Assembly: GCA_963842945.1 (NCBI GenBank)
Contig: CAWJIM010000019.1
Span: forward strand, 448,001-512,000
Length of the DNA: 64,000 nucleotides
Reading direction: 5' to 3'
Origin: an uncultured Gemmatimonadales bacterium
GTDB lineage: Bacteria; Gemmatimonadota; Gemmatimonadetes; Gemmatimonadales; GWC2-71-9
Shown here: positions 41,061 through 51,700 of the stretch, in pieces
How the letters are laid out: each line of letters begins with the position of its first letter
Position numbering within the stretch: the first letter of the stretch is position 1
Notes under the pieces: model-generated
What the model was told of the DNA's origin: nothing
Seen by the model: only the letters and a program-made list of their open reading frames with translations
Databases searched by the model: none
Program-made: the position numbers and the translations under genes

Positions 41061-43103
41061 TTAGAACCATCTGCCGAGCCGGATAAAAAACACTCCGCGT
41101 CCCTGGTCCACGGCGCCATACTCAAACCGAACCGGACCCACCGGCGTATCGGCACCAAGACCGATCCGGACGCCTGCCACCCAACCGCTGTCGCTAATCA
41201 TCGGTCCACCCAGCGCAGATCGCCCCACGGCTAATTCCAGCCGGCCTACCAGCGGACCTCTGATTGGATAGGTCATCAGCGCGTCAAGCATCAGCTCCCG
41301 ATCGCCTCTCCGCTCGCCGATATGAAGCCCGGGAAACCCATCGTCTCCGCCCAAAGGGAACCCGAGCTGGATGGGCAGCTGATCTCCCCAGCCGACTCGA
41401 AGCTGGGGCCGGAAGCGTACCGGTCCAATCTGGCCGTGAACCTCGCCCTGGGCGTGCACGCGGCGGTAGGCTCCGGTCCAGTCGAGAGACGCCTGGGCTA
41501 GTTCTAGTCCCGCACGATTCTCCTTCGAGATCTGAACCGACCCGCCCAGCGTGCTGTGGTCCCGGTCCGGCTCATGCCAGGCATGTCCCAGCAACCCGAG
41601 AGCGGCTTCCCACTCGTGGGGAAAGTCGCGCTCCACTCCGGCAAATCCCACCGCTTCCCGAGTCTTGACTGGGTCCAGCTCGTCTCCATCCGGTGTGAAC
41701 TGACGCACCGACTCTGTGGCCAGTTGCGCAGTAATCGTCGGGCGCATCAGTTGGCGGCCGAGCTGGTAATTACGCCGCAACCCCAGGCTCCATCCTTTGC
41801 GAAACTCGCCCAGGAACAGTGTCGTGCTTCCTTCCAGGGCAAAATTGAAGGTTCGGCGATCAGCAGCGCTGAGCCACATCTGCCCACCGAGCTCACTGTC
41901 ATACGCCAGCCCGAGACCAGCCAACCGACGGGGACTCCGGCGCGCGGAGATATGGAATGAGACGGAGTCCCCAGATCCTCGGGGAGAAAGCCATACGGCC
42001 TGGTAGGCGTCGACCTGCGCGAGATGCCGTACCCGCCCTTTGAGCAGTGACACGTCGAGCGAATCATCGATGCCCAGCCCGAGGAGCCGCTCGAGTGACA
42101 GCCGCTCGGAATCATTCCGGCTATCAAATGAGTAGCTGGTGATCAGTCGGGGCAGCGGCCGAACGGTTTCCGCCGGACCCCGAGGCAGGCAGAGATCTCG
42201 GACGAGCGTGGTTTCCGCGGCCGCGCTGCCCCGCTGAATCAATGCATCGACGTTGTCGGAGGAGAAATTCAGGCTGGTGAACCCCTCTACGGCGGGGCGG
42301 ACCAGCACATCGCCGCGCCGAAGGGTGTCCTGAGCCTGCTGGAACAGAAATCCCAGCAAACGATCAGCTAGGACAATCGGCGAATAGAGATCGAGGGAAT
42401 CGGCCAGACGCTCAGTGGCATCGGAAACAATGACGCGTTGAGCTCCAGCGTCGCGGGCAACGGTAATCGGAATATTGGCCGCCAGCCCCCCGTCAGTGAG
42501 TATCCGACCATTCAGAGACTCGGGTGTGAAGATCAGCGGAACGGCAAAGCTTGCCCTGACCGCTCGCGCCAGATCGCCGGAGCTCAGGACCACCACCGAG
42601 CGGTTGCTGAGATCGGTGGCAACCGCACGGAATGGGATAGGTAATGAATCGAAGTTGCCCCGGGCCAGCAGATTGCCGCGCAGCATGGCACCGTTGACCA
42701 GGGCGTTGACTTCGCTTTCGGCTACTGAGGCACTCTGCAGGTTGAAGCCCCGGTCGCCCTGTTCCCATAGGAGCAGCGGCTGCACTGGTCCCCAGGACCG
42801 GGGGCCACGGGGTTGGTAGGTGCGGAAAAGGTCGGAGATGGGTAGCGATCGCGCCAACGAGTCGATCTCACGGCCGGTGTAGCCGCTGGCATACATCCCG
42901 CCGATGATCGCCCCCATGCTGCTGCCCACGACCAGGTCGGGGCGGATCCCCAGGCTGTCGAGAATCCGGAGGACACCGATGTGAGCCAAACCCTTGGCTC
43001 CGCCGCCGGAGAGCACCAGTGCCGTTGGCCGCGGAGGGCAGGACTGAGCGAGTGCCGGCCCGGCGAGAACACAGAGGGCACAAAGAACCATCAGCGCGAG
43101 CAT
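41061..43103 (-). CDS. Patatin-like phospholipase with C-terminal beta-barrel
   Basis: Signal peptide, GGGAKG, GSSMG, DGG; ends TPVGPVRFEYG...IRLGRWF. Confidence 0.9.
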   Translation of the reverse strand: MLALMVLCALCVLAGPALAQSCPPRPTALVLSGGGAKGLAHIGVLRILDSLGIRPDLVVGSSMGAIIGGMYASGYTGREIDSLARSLPISDLFRTYQPRGPRSWGPVQPLLLWEQGDRGFNLQSASVAESEVNALVNGAMLRGNLLARGNFDSLPIPFRAVATDLSNRSVVVLSSGDLARAVRASFAVPLIFTPESLNGRILTDGGLAANIPITVARDAGAQRVIVSDATERLADSLDLYSPIVLADRLLGFLFQQAQDTLRRGDVLVRPAVEGFTSLNFSSDNVDALIQRGSAAAETTLVRDLCLPRGPAETVRPLPRLITSYSFDSRNDSERLSLERLLGLGIDDSLDVSLLKGRVRHLAQVDAYQAVWLSPRGSGDSVSFHISARRSPRRLAGLGLAYDSELGGQMWLSAADRRTFNFALEGSTTLFLGEFRKGWSLGLRRNYQLGRQLMRPTITAQLATESVRQFTPDGDELDPVKTREAVGFAGVERDFPHEWEAALGLLGHAWHEPDRDHSTLGGSVQISKENRAGLELAQASLDWTGAYRRVHAQGEVHGQIGPVRFRPQLRVGWGDQLPIQLGFPLGGDDGFPGLHIGERRGDRELMLDALMTYPIRGPLVGRLELAVGRSALGGPMISDSGWVAGVRIGLGADTPVGPVRFEYGAVDQGRGVFFIRLGRWF

Positions 43104-43209
43104 TCGTCAGCAAATTGAGGACGTCTGCGCCCCTTGCGCGGCCAAACCAGCTTTCGTATAACTTTGCGATGCCGTGGCCGCATTGGCATCCTTTTCGGGG
43201 AGCCGCAGG

Positions 43210-43473
43210 ATGACTTACGTGATTGTCGAAACATGCATCGGGGTGAAGGATCGGGCCTGCGTGGATGTATGCCCGGTAGACTGCATCTATGAGGGAGAGG
43301 ATCAGCTCTACATTCACCCAGATGAGTGTATCGACTGCGGTGCTTGTGAGCCGGAGTGCCCGGTAACCGCGATCTTCCCTGAGGAGGATGTTCCGCCGCA
43401 GTCCACTTCCTATATCGAAAAGAATAAGGAAGTCTTCAACAGCGAGACCCCGCCGGGCAGACCCCAGAGATAG
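43210..43473 (+). CDS. Dicluster ferredoxin
   Basis: [17 protein letters not shown] and [12 protein letters not shown]. Confidence 0.95.
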   Translation: MTYVIVETCIGVKDRACVDVCPVDCIYEGEDQLYIHPDECIDCGACEPECPVTAIFPEEDVPPQSTSYIEKNKEVFNSETPPGRPQR

Positions 43474-43489
43474 CCGCGGTTTCCAGCCG

Positions 43490-43537
43490 AAAAGAAAGGA
43501 GCCCCGGGATCGTACTGCTTGGCCGCGACCCCGGAGC
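43490..43537 (-). terminator. Rho-independent terminator
   Basis: Minus strand 12-bp stem GCTCCGGGGTCG/CGATCCCGGGGC followed by TCCTTTCTTTT. Confidence 0.7.
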
Positions 43538-43620
43538 CTGGTAAGGAAGGACATCAAAACGACGGCTGATAGCTAAATGCCGCCGCCATAGGTTTAGACG
43601 CACAAGCCCCCCGAAAGGTT

Positions 43621-44829
43621 TCATCCCAGCCCCCCGACAAATTCCGCCAGCCGCCTCGAGACCTCATCCGGCTGCTCGAGCGGCGACAGATGGCCGGCTC
43701 CGGCAATGACGGCGAACTGAGCGCCTGGAATCGCGCGAGCCATGGCCTCGGCCTGTGCCGGAGGACTGAGGGTATCCGCCTCTCCAACCAGGATCAGGGT
43801 CGGAATGTCGGCCAGGGTGGAAAGGAGAGATTCGCTGTCCGGCCTGTCCCGCATAGCTGCCAGCGCACCGACGATGCCGGCAACCGGTGTCCGGAGAATC
43901 ATCTGACGAACGCCCTCTACGATGTCGGGGTGTTGAGCCAGGGTAGAAGGCGCCAGGAGCTTGGGCAACATCGTCTCGGCGATGACCGAGGCACCCCCAT
44001 CGCGGGCACTGGCGGCGGAGGCGTCGCGCGCCCGGCGCGCCTCGGCGGTATCCGCTCCTGCTCGTGTGTCCATGAGCACCAATCCCCGAACCCGCGAGCG
44101 CCAGTGACGGAGAAACTCGAAGGCGATGTATCCTCCCATCGACAACCCGCAGAGCACCACGTTCTCAATATCCAGCGCGTCGAGGAGACCAGCCAGATCG
44201 GTGGCGTAGATCTTCATGCTGTAGCCGAGGTCTGGAGCGTCGGATTGCCCCATGCCGCGGAGGTCAGGTGCAATCCGGCAGTAGCCTTCCAGCGAATCGA
44301 CTTGGGCCCGCCACATCGTACGGTCGAGCGGATATCCATGCACGAAGAGCACCGCGGGACCGTCGCCGCGGACTTCCACTGCCAGATTGACGCCGTGCAC
44401 CATCAGGCGCTGAGTGTTATCGCTGGGGTCGCGGGGAGGATGCATGTAGCTGGTGAACTCGGGGGGGACGGGGATGGGCCTGCCCTCCCGATCGATGCAG
44501 ACAAACACGAACTCCGCACTGGCAATGAGGGTCTCGTCGCGAACTCGGCGAGCAGTCTGGCGCATGGTGAAGCTGGTACGACCGTGATGAGTCAGCGCCT
44601 GCTGGAAGCGCAGGACGTCCCCCGGGAAGGCCGCGGCCCGATAGTCAATGACGGTCTTCCGCAGTGCCGGCCAAGCCGCCGCTCGAGTGAATACATCCAT
44701 CCCCGGCCCCCGGTGCAGCATTTCCCAGCGGGCCCGCTCGAACAGGCTAAGGAAAGAGGCCTGATTGAGATGACCAAAGGCATCGCATTCGTCGGGGTAG
44801 ACGACGAGATCGATCTCGGGTAGTGGCAC
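43621..44829 (-). CDS. Hotdog thioesterase (4HBT/YbgC-like) fused to an alpha/beta hydrolase
   Basis: ECDAFGHLNQ in the N-domain; HGYP, GLSMGG, GAGH in the C-domain. Confidence 0.88.
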   Translation of the reverse strand: MPLPEIDLVVYPDECDAFGHLNQASFLSLFERARWEMLHRGPGMDVFTRAAAWPALRKTVIDYRAAAFPGDVLRFQQALTHHGRTSFTMRQTARRVRDETLIASAEFVFVCIDREGRPIPVPPEFTSYMHPPRDPSDNTQRLMVHGVNLAVEVRGDGPAVLFVHGYPLDRTMWRAQVDSLEGYCRIAPDLRGMGQSDAPDLGYSMKIYATDLAGLLDALDIENVVLCGLSMGGYIAFEFLRHWRSRVRGLVLMDTRAGADTAEARRARDASAASARDGGASVIAETMLPKLLAPSTLAQHPDIVEGVRQMILRTPVAGIVGALAAMRDRPDSESLLSTLADIPTLILVGEADTLSPPAQAEAMARAIPGAQFAVIAGAGHLSPLEQPDEVSRRLAEFVGGLG

Positions 44830-44955
44830 CTGTCAAAGATGGGACGGAGGGGCGGGGCGGGAAAGGCGGGGGCCTCTCCGCACGTGGTATCTTGGGTGAA
44901 GAGCGATGCTCCTAATTTACCGATTTGTCTCTTGTCCCCGACCTCGACGCACACT

Positions 44956-45126
44956 ATGAAGCCACCGACCGACTACATCCGTCACGCCGCCCGGCTCGCT
45001 CGCAAGCTCCAGATGGACAGTGCCATGGGCGGTACCCCGCAGCCGGACGCGGAGTTCTTCAAGGCACTCTCCAAGGCGTTCGATGAGATTGCCGCAGGTC
45101 TCGAGATGGTGGCCCGCCCCGATTGA
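44956..45126 (+). CDS. Small hypothetical protein
   Basis: 56-aa helical ORF with typical codon usage upstream of rnd. Confidence 0.55.
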   Translation: MKPPTDYIRHAARLARKLQMDSAMGGTPQPDAEFFKALSKAFDEIAAGLEMVARPD

Positions 45127-45167
45127 ATGTGGTTGCGCCGGGGTTGGGCTCGAAGCCACCTTTCGGC

Positions 45168-46337
45168 GTGAACGTCCAGGCCGGTCCTCAATTTCAGGCG
45201 GATCGAGTTCGGCTGGTCCAGAGTCAGCCCGAGCTGGACAGCCTGCTGCAGCAACTCAGCCAGGAGCCCCTTCTGGCCGTGGACACCGAAGCCGCGAGCT
45301 TTCATCGGTTTCGCGACCGGGTCTATCTCCTTCAGCTCTCATCCCGCCGGGAAACCGCCATAGTCGATCCCCTAGCGGTATCGAACCTGGACGCATTCGG
45401 TGCGGTGCTGGCCGATCCTGCCATCGAAATTGTTTTTCACGACGCCGATTACGACCTCAGATTGCTGGGCCAGGAGTACGGCTTTCGTGCCACCAATCTG
45501 TTCGATACCCGCATTGCCGCGCAGTTGCTGAACGAGCCGGGAGTGGGCCTCGCTGCATTGCTGGAGAAGTATCTGGGGGTGCGTCTGGACAAGCGGTACC
45601 AACGGGCCGACTGGTCCGCTCGGCCCCTCACCCGTGAAATGCTGGACTATGCCGCCTCAGATACCAGGCATCTTCCGCTGCTGCGCGACATACTCCGCTC
45701 GCAACTCAGCGAGCGAGGCAGGCTCGAGTGGGCCCAAGAGGAGTTCGCACTACTCAGCAGTAACCCACGCACCGCTGCGGAGCCTGATGAGCCGGGCTAT
45801 CTCCGGCTCAAAGGAGCCAAAGCGCTCAAGGGAAGAGCGTTGGCGGTGCTGCGCGAGCTGCACCAGTGGCGGGAGAACGAGGCACGCCAGACCGACAGAG
45901 CAGCGTTTCGGATCATGAACAACGAGCCGATGCTGCTGATGGCAAAGTCTCCGCCCCGCGACCTGGATGAGCTGAAGGCGATCCGAGGGGTTGGGGCAGA
46001 ACAGGCTGTGCGTCGGGGGCGGGAGATTTTGGCCGCGATTCAGAGAGGGCTCAGCGTTCCCGAACGGGACCTTCCTCGACTCGAGCGGTCGCGTCGCCCG
46101 CCTCCGGACGCTGCCTTCGACGCACGGCTGGAGCGATTGAAGAATGTCCGGAATACACTAGCCGCGAGTTACGACCTGCCATCCGGGATCCTCTGCCCCA
46201 ACGGAACGCTGGAGGCGATCGCCCGACTAAATCCCACCGCCCTCGAGCAGATGTCAGAGATTGGGGAGCTGCGCCGCTGGCAATGGAAAGAATTCGGGAG
46301 CAGCCTGCTTGCGGCCCTGAAGCAGCCCGCGGCCTAG
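45168..46337 (+). CDS. rnd: Ribonuclease D
   Basis: AVDTE, DTRIAAQ, ADWSARPL, YAASD, HRDC domains. Confidence 0.93.
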   Translation: MNVQAGPQFQADRVRLVQSQPELDSLLQQLSQEPLLAVDTEAASFHRFRDRVYLLQLSSRRETAIVDPLAVSNLDAFGAVLADPAIEIVFHDADYDLRLLGQEYGFRATNLFDTRIAAQLLNEPGVGLAALLEKYLGVRLDKRYQRADWSARPLTREMLDYAASDTRHLPLLRDILRSQLSERGRLEWAQEEFALLSSNPRTAAEPDEPGYLRLKGAKALKGRALAVLRELHQWRENEARQTDRAAFRIMNNEPMLLMAKSPPRDLDELKAIRGVGAEQAVRRGREILAAIQRGLSVPERDLPRLERSRRPPPDAAFDARLERLKNVRNTLAASYDLPSGILCPNGTLEAIARLNPTALEQMSEIGELRRWQWKEFGSSLLAALKQPAA

Positions 46338-46364
46338 AAGGAGGAGGCTAGAGTCCCGTCAGAT

Positions 46365-46664
46365 TCAAAATCCCAGGAAGGTTCGCACCCGGGGGTCCAT
46401 CTTTTCCGGCGTCCAGTAGGGCTCCCAGACCAGCTCCACATCGACCGACCGAACTCCCTCCATGTCGCCAACGACGCGCTTTACGTCAGCAATGATCTCC
46501 GCGCCGGCGGGACAGCCGGGTGAGGTGAGCGTCATCTCGATCCGTACATCCCCGGCGTCGTTGATCTCCACGTCATACACCAAACCGATGTCGATGATGT
46601 TGAGGTTCAGCTCCGGATCCTTGACTGCCCGGATGGCCTTTCGGATGGCTTCGATGGTAGGCAT
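46365..46664 (-). CDS. Metal-sulfur cluster assembly factor (DUF59/SufT-like)
   Basis: DPEL.LNIIDIGLVY, MTLTSPGCP, VWEPYW. Confidence 0.93.
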   Translation of the reverse strand: MPTIEAIRKAIRAVKDPELNLNIIDIGLVYDVEINDAGDVRIEMTLTSPGCPAGAEIIADVKRVVGDMEGVRSVDVELVWEPYWTPEKMDPRVRTFLGF

Positions 46665-46686
46665 AAGGGAAAGATAACCGCGATGT

Positions 46687-47853
46687 TCAGCACTGCGCGA
46701 CGAGCTCTTGCTGACAGCCGTGAGGGACCAGTCGAATGGCTGCGTCCGACAATTCCACCCGAACGGTGCGTAATCGGTGCATCGAGTCGCGCACCCTGGG
46801 GTCGAAAGTCCGGTTAGTCAGGAAGACCAGAAACAGATCACGGGCGGGGTCGATCCAGATCTCGGTGCCGGTGAAGCCGGTATGCCCGTAGGCAGCGTCG
46901 CTGATCAACGTTCCGAACAGACTCGGCTCGTCCAGGTTCTGTTCCGGAGTGTCCCATCCCAGCAGGCGGGGACCGCTGTTCGGGCCCCGGGTCAGGAACC
47001 GGCGAACAGTGGCGGCACTCACCCACTGTCCATTGGGACCGCTGCCGGAGCTCAGCCACACCTGGGCATACCGCGCCAGGTCCAGACCGGTCGAGAAGAT
47101 CCCGGCGTGACCCGCCGCGCCACCCAGAATAGCCGCGTTGGGATCGTTGACCTGACCCTGCACCGGTTGGCCCCGCCACACCGCGCTCGGCACGGTGCGG
47201 CGTCGCAACACGGCCGATGGATGATACGTCGTCTGCTGCAGGTCGAGAGGCTCGAACACCTCCCGGGCGACGAAGCGATCCAGGGACATGCCCGACACCG
47301 CCTCCACCAGAAGCCCCAGGAAGATCGCATTGAGATCGCTGTAAACCGGGAGATCGCCGGGCCGGCGGACGGGTCGCTCGCCATACAAGAGATCGATCGC
47401 TTGTGCGCGAGAACGCGCCTGCTTGAACAGAGGGGCATAGCTCCGGAGCCCGCTGGTATGGTCCAGGAGCATCCGGACGGTCACCTGATCCTTTAAACCT
47501 CCCGCGAAACGAGGGAGGTACCGGCGCACTGGAGCATCGAGACTGACATGGCCGGCATCCACCAGCCGCATGACAGCACTCGCGGTGCCCATCACCTTGG
47601 AAATGGACGCGATGTCCCAGAGAGTGGAGTCAGGAGACGGAACTGGAGACTTCGGGCTCCAGGTGAAGTGCCCGTATCCACGGGCGTAAATGATCGAGTC
47701 GCTCCGGCCGATGACCACGACGGCACCCGGGTATACACCAGACCCGATGCCTTGTTCGACTGCCTGGTCGATCTCGGTGAATGACTGGGCCTGGACCGGT
47801 ATGGCACTCGCCGGCAGCAAGACCGCAGTCAGAATGGCAATACCGAGTCTCAC
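46687..47853 (-). CDS. Serine hydrolase, beta-lactamase class C-like
   Basis: Signal peptide, SISK, LLDHTSG, YSD, GHTGFTG. Confidence 0.92.
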   Translation of the reverse strand: MRLGIAILTAVLLPASAIPVQAQSFTEIDQAVEQGIGSGVYPGAVVVIGRSDSIIYARGYGHFTWSPKSPVPSPDSTLWDIASISKVMGTASAVMRLVDAGHVSLDAPVRRYLPRFAGGLKDQVTVRMLLDHTSGLRSYAPLFKQARSRAQAIDLLYGERPVRRPGDLPVYSDLNAIFLGLLVEAVSGMSLDRFVAREVFEPLDLQQTTYHPSAVLRRRTVPSAVWRGQPVQGQVNDPNAAILGGAAGHAGIFSTGLDLARYAQVWLSSGSGPNGQWVSAATVRRFLTRGPNSGPRLLGWDTPEQNLDEPSLFGTLISDAAYGHTGFTGTEIWIDPARDLFLVFLTNRTFDPRVRDSMHRLRTVRVELSDAAIRLVPHGCQQELVAQC

Positions 47854-48668
47854 GGAGCCCCCCCGCCATCACGCACTGGACCGGGCGGAAGTTGATAGAG
47901 CACCTGTACCGTGCGCCGGTCACGATCCGACAGGGCGCCGGTTTGAGTGGCGGGAAACATCACGTCATTGGTGTCAGGAGAGTGCGGAAGGCCTATGGCA
48001 TGTCCGACTTCGTGCACCGCTACGGTGAGCAAGGCCGGATCGGGCAGGGGAATTCCGGTATTGGTGCGCAGAGCCAGCAGGATGGCGGCCTTCCGCACTC
48101 GGCCCGCCTGGTCCCAGGTCAGGTCGGTTTGGCCGGCACGGTCGAAGTCGAAGTGATCGATCCAGTGAACCAGGATATCGGCGGCCAGCGTATCTGCCGT
48201 GGGAGCAAAGACCACCCCGGCTCCAGCACCCTCCCACTTGTCGAGGGCCTCGCGCACATACCCGGCCATGCGCGGCTGATATATGGCAGGACCACCCTCG
48301 ACAATAGCGACTCTGAGCGGAGTGCCGCTCCGTTCGGGCCACCGCCGGATCACCGAGTCGGTGCTGCTGATCAGAGAATCCAAGTAGGTCAGACCGGCCG
48401 AGCGACTGAGCTGCTGCCGGGCAGCCAGCCTCGCCAGTCGATCTATCGTCGGCGTCGTCGGGGCAACGGCTGGTGCCGGACTGGCGGGGGTGGCTCCGGT
48501 GGAGCTTTCGGAGCTAGGGCTGGCACGCAGCGTAACGGTGGCAGACCGGGTATCACTCGGCCCCTGCACGACGGTCTGCTTCCGGTTGCCCAGGGCGTGC
48601 GACAGCCGGTCCGCCACAACCATGGCAAACAGCCCGAGTGTGATCAGGGGGAGGACCGCACGTCTCAT
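47850..48668 (-). CDS. Matrixin family metalloprotease
   Basis: HEVGHAIGLPHS and DVM Met-turn. Confidence 0.9.
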   Translation of the reverse strand: MRRAVLPLITLGLFAMVVADRLSHALGNRKQTVVQGPSDTRSATVTLRASPSSESSTGATPASPAPAVAPTTPTIDRLARLAARQQLSRSAGLTYLDSLISSTDSVIRRWPERSGTPLRVAIVEGGPAIYQPRMAGYVREALDKWEGAGAGVVFAPTADTLAADILVHWIDHFDFDRAGQTDLTWDQAGRVRKAAILLALRTNTGIPLPDPALLTVAVHEVGHAIGLPHSPDTNDVMFPATQTGALSDRDRRTVQVLYQLPPGPVRDGGGAP

Positions 48669-48810
48669 ATGCCTCCAGAACGGGCGCCGGCGGGACTACA
48701 AGGCCCATGATGAGAAGGGGAAACCCCTTCGGATCGGTCCGGCAGAGCTACTGATGGTCTAACGGCTGTGTGTTTGAGGAACGCCCTGATGCAAATTCCG
48801 AGCGCGGCGG

Positions 48811-51669
48811 CTACCGCTTGGCCTCCAGCCAGTTTGGGCCCACTCCGATGTCCACCACCAGGGGAACTCTCAGCTGAACAACGTTTTCCATATGCTCCCG
48901 GACCAGCTGAGTCATGGCCTCGACTTCACTCGGGGGTACCTCGAACACCAATTCGTCATGTACCTGCAACAACATGCGTCCCGCCAGTCCCCGTTCCCGG
49001 ATGGCACGGTGGATTCCCACCATGGCCAGCTTGATCAGGTCCGCGGCCGAGCCCTGGAGAGGAGAGTTCTGGGCGTTGCGCTCACCGTACGAGCGCAGGC
49101 TGAAGTTCCGCTCCTTGATCTCCGGAATGTATCGGCGACGCTTGAAGAGCGTCTCCACATAACCCTGCTGGCGGGCAAGCTCGATCTGGCGGTCCAGGAA
49201 TGACCGGACACCGGAGAAGCGCTCGAAGTACCGAGCGATAAAGCCTCGGGCATCCTCCAACGAGATCCCGAGCTGCCGACTCAAGGCGAAGGCACCCTGC
49301 CCATAGATGGTGGCGAAGTTGATGGTCTTGGCCCGGGCTCGCATATCCGCGGTGACCTGGTCAGGCTGGACATTGAAGATCAGAGCAGCAGTCTGGCGGT
49401 GAATGTCGCCTCCCTGGCGAAAAGCCTCAATGAACGCGGCATCGCCGGAGAGGTGGGCCATGATGCGAAGCTCGATCTGCGAGTAGTCTGCCACGAGGAA
49501 GGCCCACCCCTCCCGGGGGACAAAGCCCGCGCGTATGGCTTCGCCCCGCGGGGTGCGGACCGGGATGTTCTGCAGATTAGGCTCGGCCGAGCTCAGCCGG
49601 CCGGTGGCGGCGCCCGCCTGATTGAAGCTGGTGTGGATTCGGCCGGTGTTCCGATTGATTCGGGTGGGCAGGGTGTCGATGTAGGTGTTCTTCAGCTTCT
49701 GAAGCTCACGGTACTCCAGGATGAGCCGGGGAAGCTCGTGCCCTATGGCCGCGAGCTGTTCCAGGACGTCGGCATCAGTGGACGGTCCGGTTTTGGTTTT
49801 CTTCAAGACCGGCAGCTGCAGACGCTCGAACAGCACGCTGGCCAGCTGGCGTGGCGAGTTGAGATTGACCTCGGTTCCCGCCGCCCGCGCAATCTCCTGC
49901 TCCAGCCGGCGCAGGTCCCCGCCCAACTCCTGGCCCAGCTTTCTGAACAGCGCCTGGTCGATGGTAATACCCTCCCATTCCATATCGACCAGCACCTCGA
50001 GCAGCGGCAACTCGATCTCCTGCAGCAGCGGCTCCAGGGCGGTCTCCTGAAGCATCGGCTCGAAGAATCGGTGGAGCGAAAGGACGGTGGCACTGTCGGT
50101 ACCGCAGTAATTGGCGGCCTGGGGAATCGCCACCTCGGCAAAGGGGATTTCGGATTTTCCTTTGCCCGTAAGCTCCGGATACGTCTGCAGGGCTCGACCC
50201 AGGTGCTCGAGACAGAGGGTATCGATGGTATGGGACCGGCGACCGGGATCGAGGACGAAGCTCGCCAGCATAGAGTCGTAGACCACCCCCGCCAGCTCCA
50301 CGCCTGCCGCCCGCAACACCTGCCAGTCGTACTTGATATCGTGACCCGCTTTGGGCACAGACGAATCGGTCAGCAGAGCGAGCAATGGAGCGGCCGCTAA
50401 GTCAGTCAGCGGAGGAAGATTTCGGACTGCATCCGGTGCAGCGAGCTCACCTCCGGCGGCCCGATGGCCGAAGGGCAGATACCAGACCTCCTCTGGACTG
50501 ATGGCCAGAGAGAGGCCGACGATCTCGGCATCGTGGGGTTCCCGGCCCCCGGCTTCGACATCGATTCCCACGAGAGATGCGCGCGCGCAGACGCTCGACC
50601 AGCGCCGGCAGATCGTCGGGATTGTCCAGGATGGTGACGGTAGGGAGCTGACGGGCTGGAAAGATCGGACAGACTGAGCCAGGAGTCGGCCGAGAAATCG
50701 ACCTCACCGGCCTTCCCGTTCTCGGTTTCGGCTGTGTCGCCGACGCCGGCTTCCTGCGGTGCCGCGGAGTCGGTCAGCCGCCGAACCAGGGTGTAAAACT
50801 CGAGCTCGGTGAGCATCCGAATGACGGCCTCGCGGTCCGGCTCGCGCAGCACGAACTCGCTCACGTCCAGCTCGACCGGAACATCGCGCTTGATGGTCAC
50901 CAGCTCCCGGGAGAGTCGGGCGTTCTCCGCCTGAGCTCAGGAGCGCTTCCCGGGGCCGCTTGGCGGAGACTTCACCGGCCCGGGCCAGCATAGTCTCCAG
51001 ATCGCCGAACTCCGCCAGGAGCTTCTGAGCGCCCTTTTCACCGATCCCTTTCACGCCTGGAATGTTGTCCGACGAATCGCCCACCAGAGCCAGGAAGTCC
51101 ACTACCTGGCGGGGCGGCACACCCAGTCGGTCGGTGGCATTGGATTCATCCACCCAAACCTCGTCCACTGCCGCGGGCCCGCCCCGGCCCGGGTTCAGCA
51201 GGGCAATGCCTGGCCCGACCAGCTGATAGAAGTCCTTGTCTCCGGAGACGATGACGGCCTGAATCCCCCGCTCAGAGGCGGCCTGGGCCAGAGTTCCGAT
51301 TACGTCATCGGCCTCGTAGCCGCGGATGGCCACGAGCGGGATGCCGAAGGCCTCGAGCAGATCGCAGATTCGCTCGACCGAGCGATCGAAGTCCGCTTGC
51401 AGCTCCTGATCCAACTTTTCGCGAGTGGATTTGTAGTCGGCGTATCGCTGTTCCCGAAATGAGGTGCCGGCATCGTTGATCCAGACGACGTAGTCGGGAC
51501 GATACTTCTCGCGCAGGCGGAGCAGGAAATTCACCACCCCCCAGGCGGCCGACGTGTTTTCTCCCTTGGCAGTTCGAAGCGGCCGGGAGATCATCGCGTA
51601 AAAGGCGCGATAAATGAGGGCGTAGCCGTCGATGAGGAAAAGCTGCGGGGGTTGGTGATTGGGGGACAT
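48811..51669 (-). CDS. polA: DNA polymerase I; frameshifts near 50930 and 50580-50640
   Basis: LIDG, EADD, GDSSDNIPGVKGIG; TGRLSS, DYSQIELR, KTINFATIYG, QVHDEL. Confidence 0.96.
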
Positions 51670-51700
51670 GCAGGAAAAATAAGCGCGGGCGGCTCCGCGC

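Noticed and set aside
46687..47853. Antibiotic-resistance beta-lactamase
   Set aside because: Motifs fit the broad serine hydrolase/esterase family; nothing specific for a true AmpC and no mobile context.
48705..48735. Hammerhead-like ATGATGAG-stem-loop (GAAGGGG AAA CCCCTTC)
   Set aside because: The core lacks CUGANGA and the GAAA after stem II; treated as a simple hairpin.
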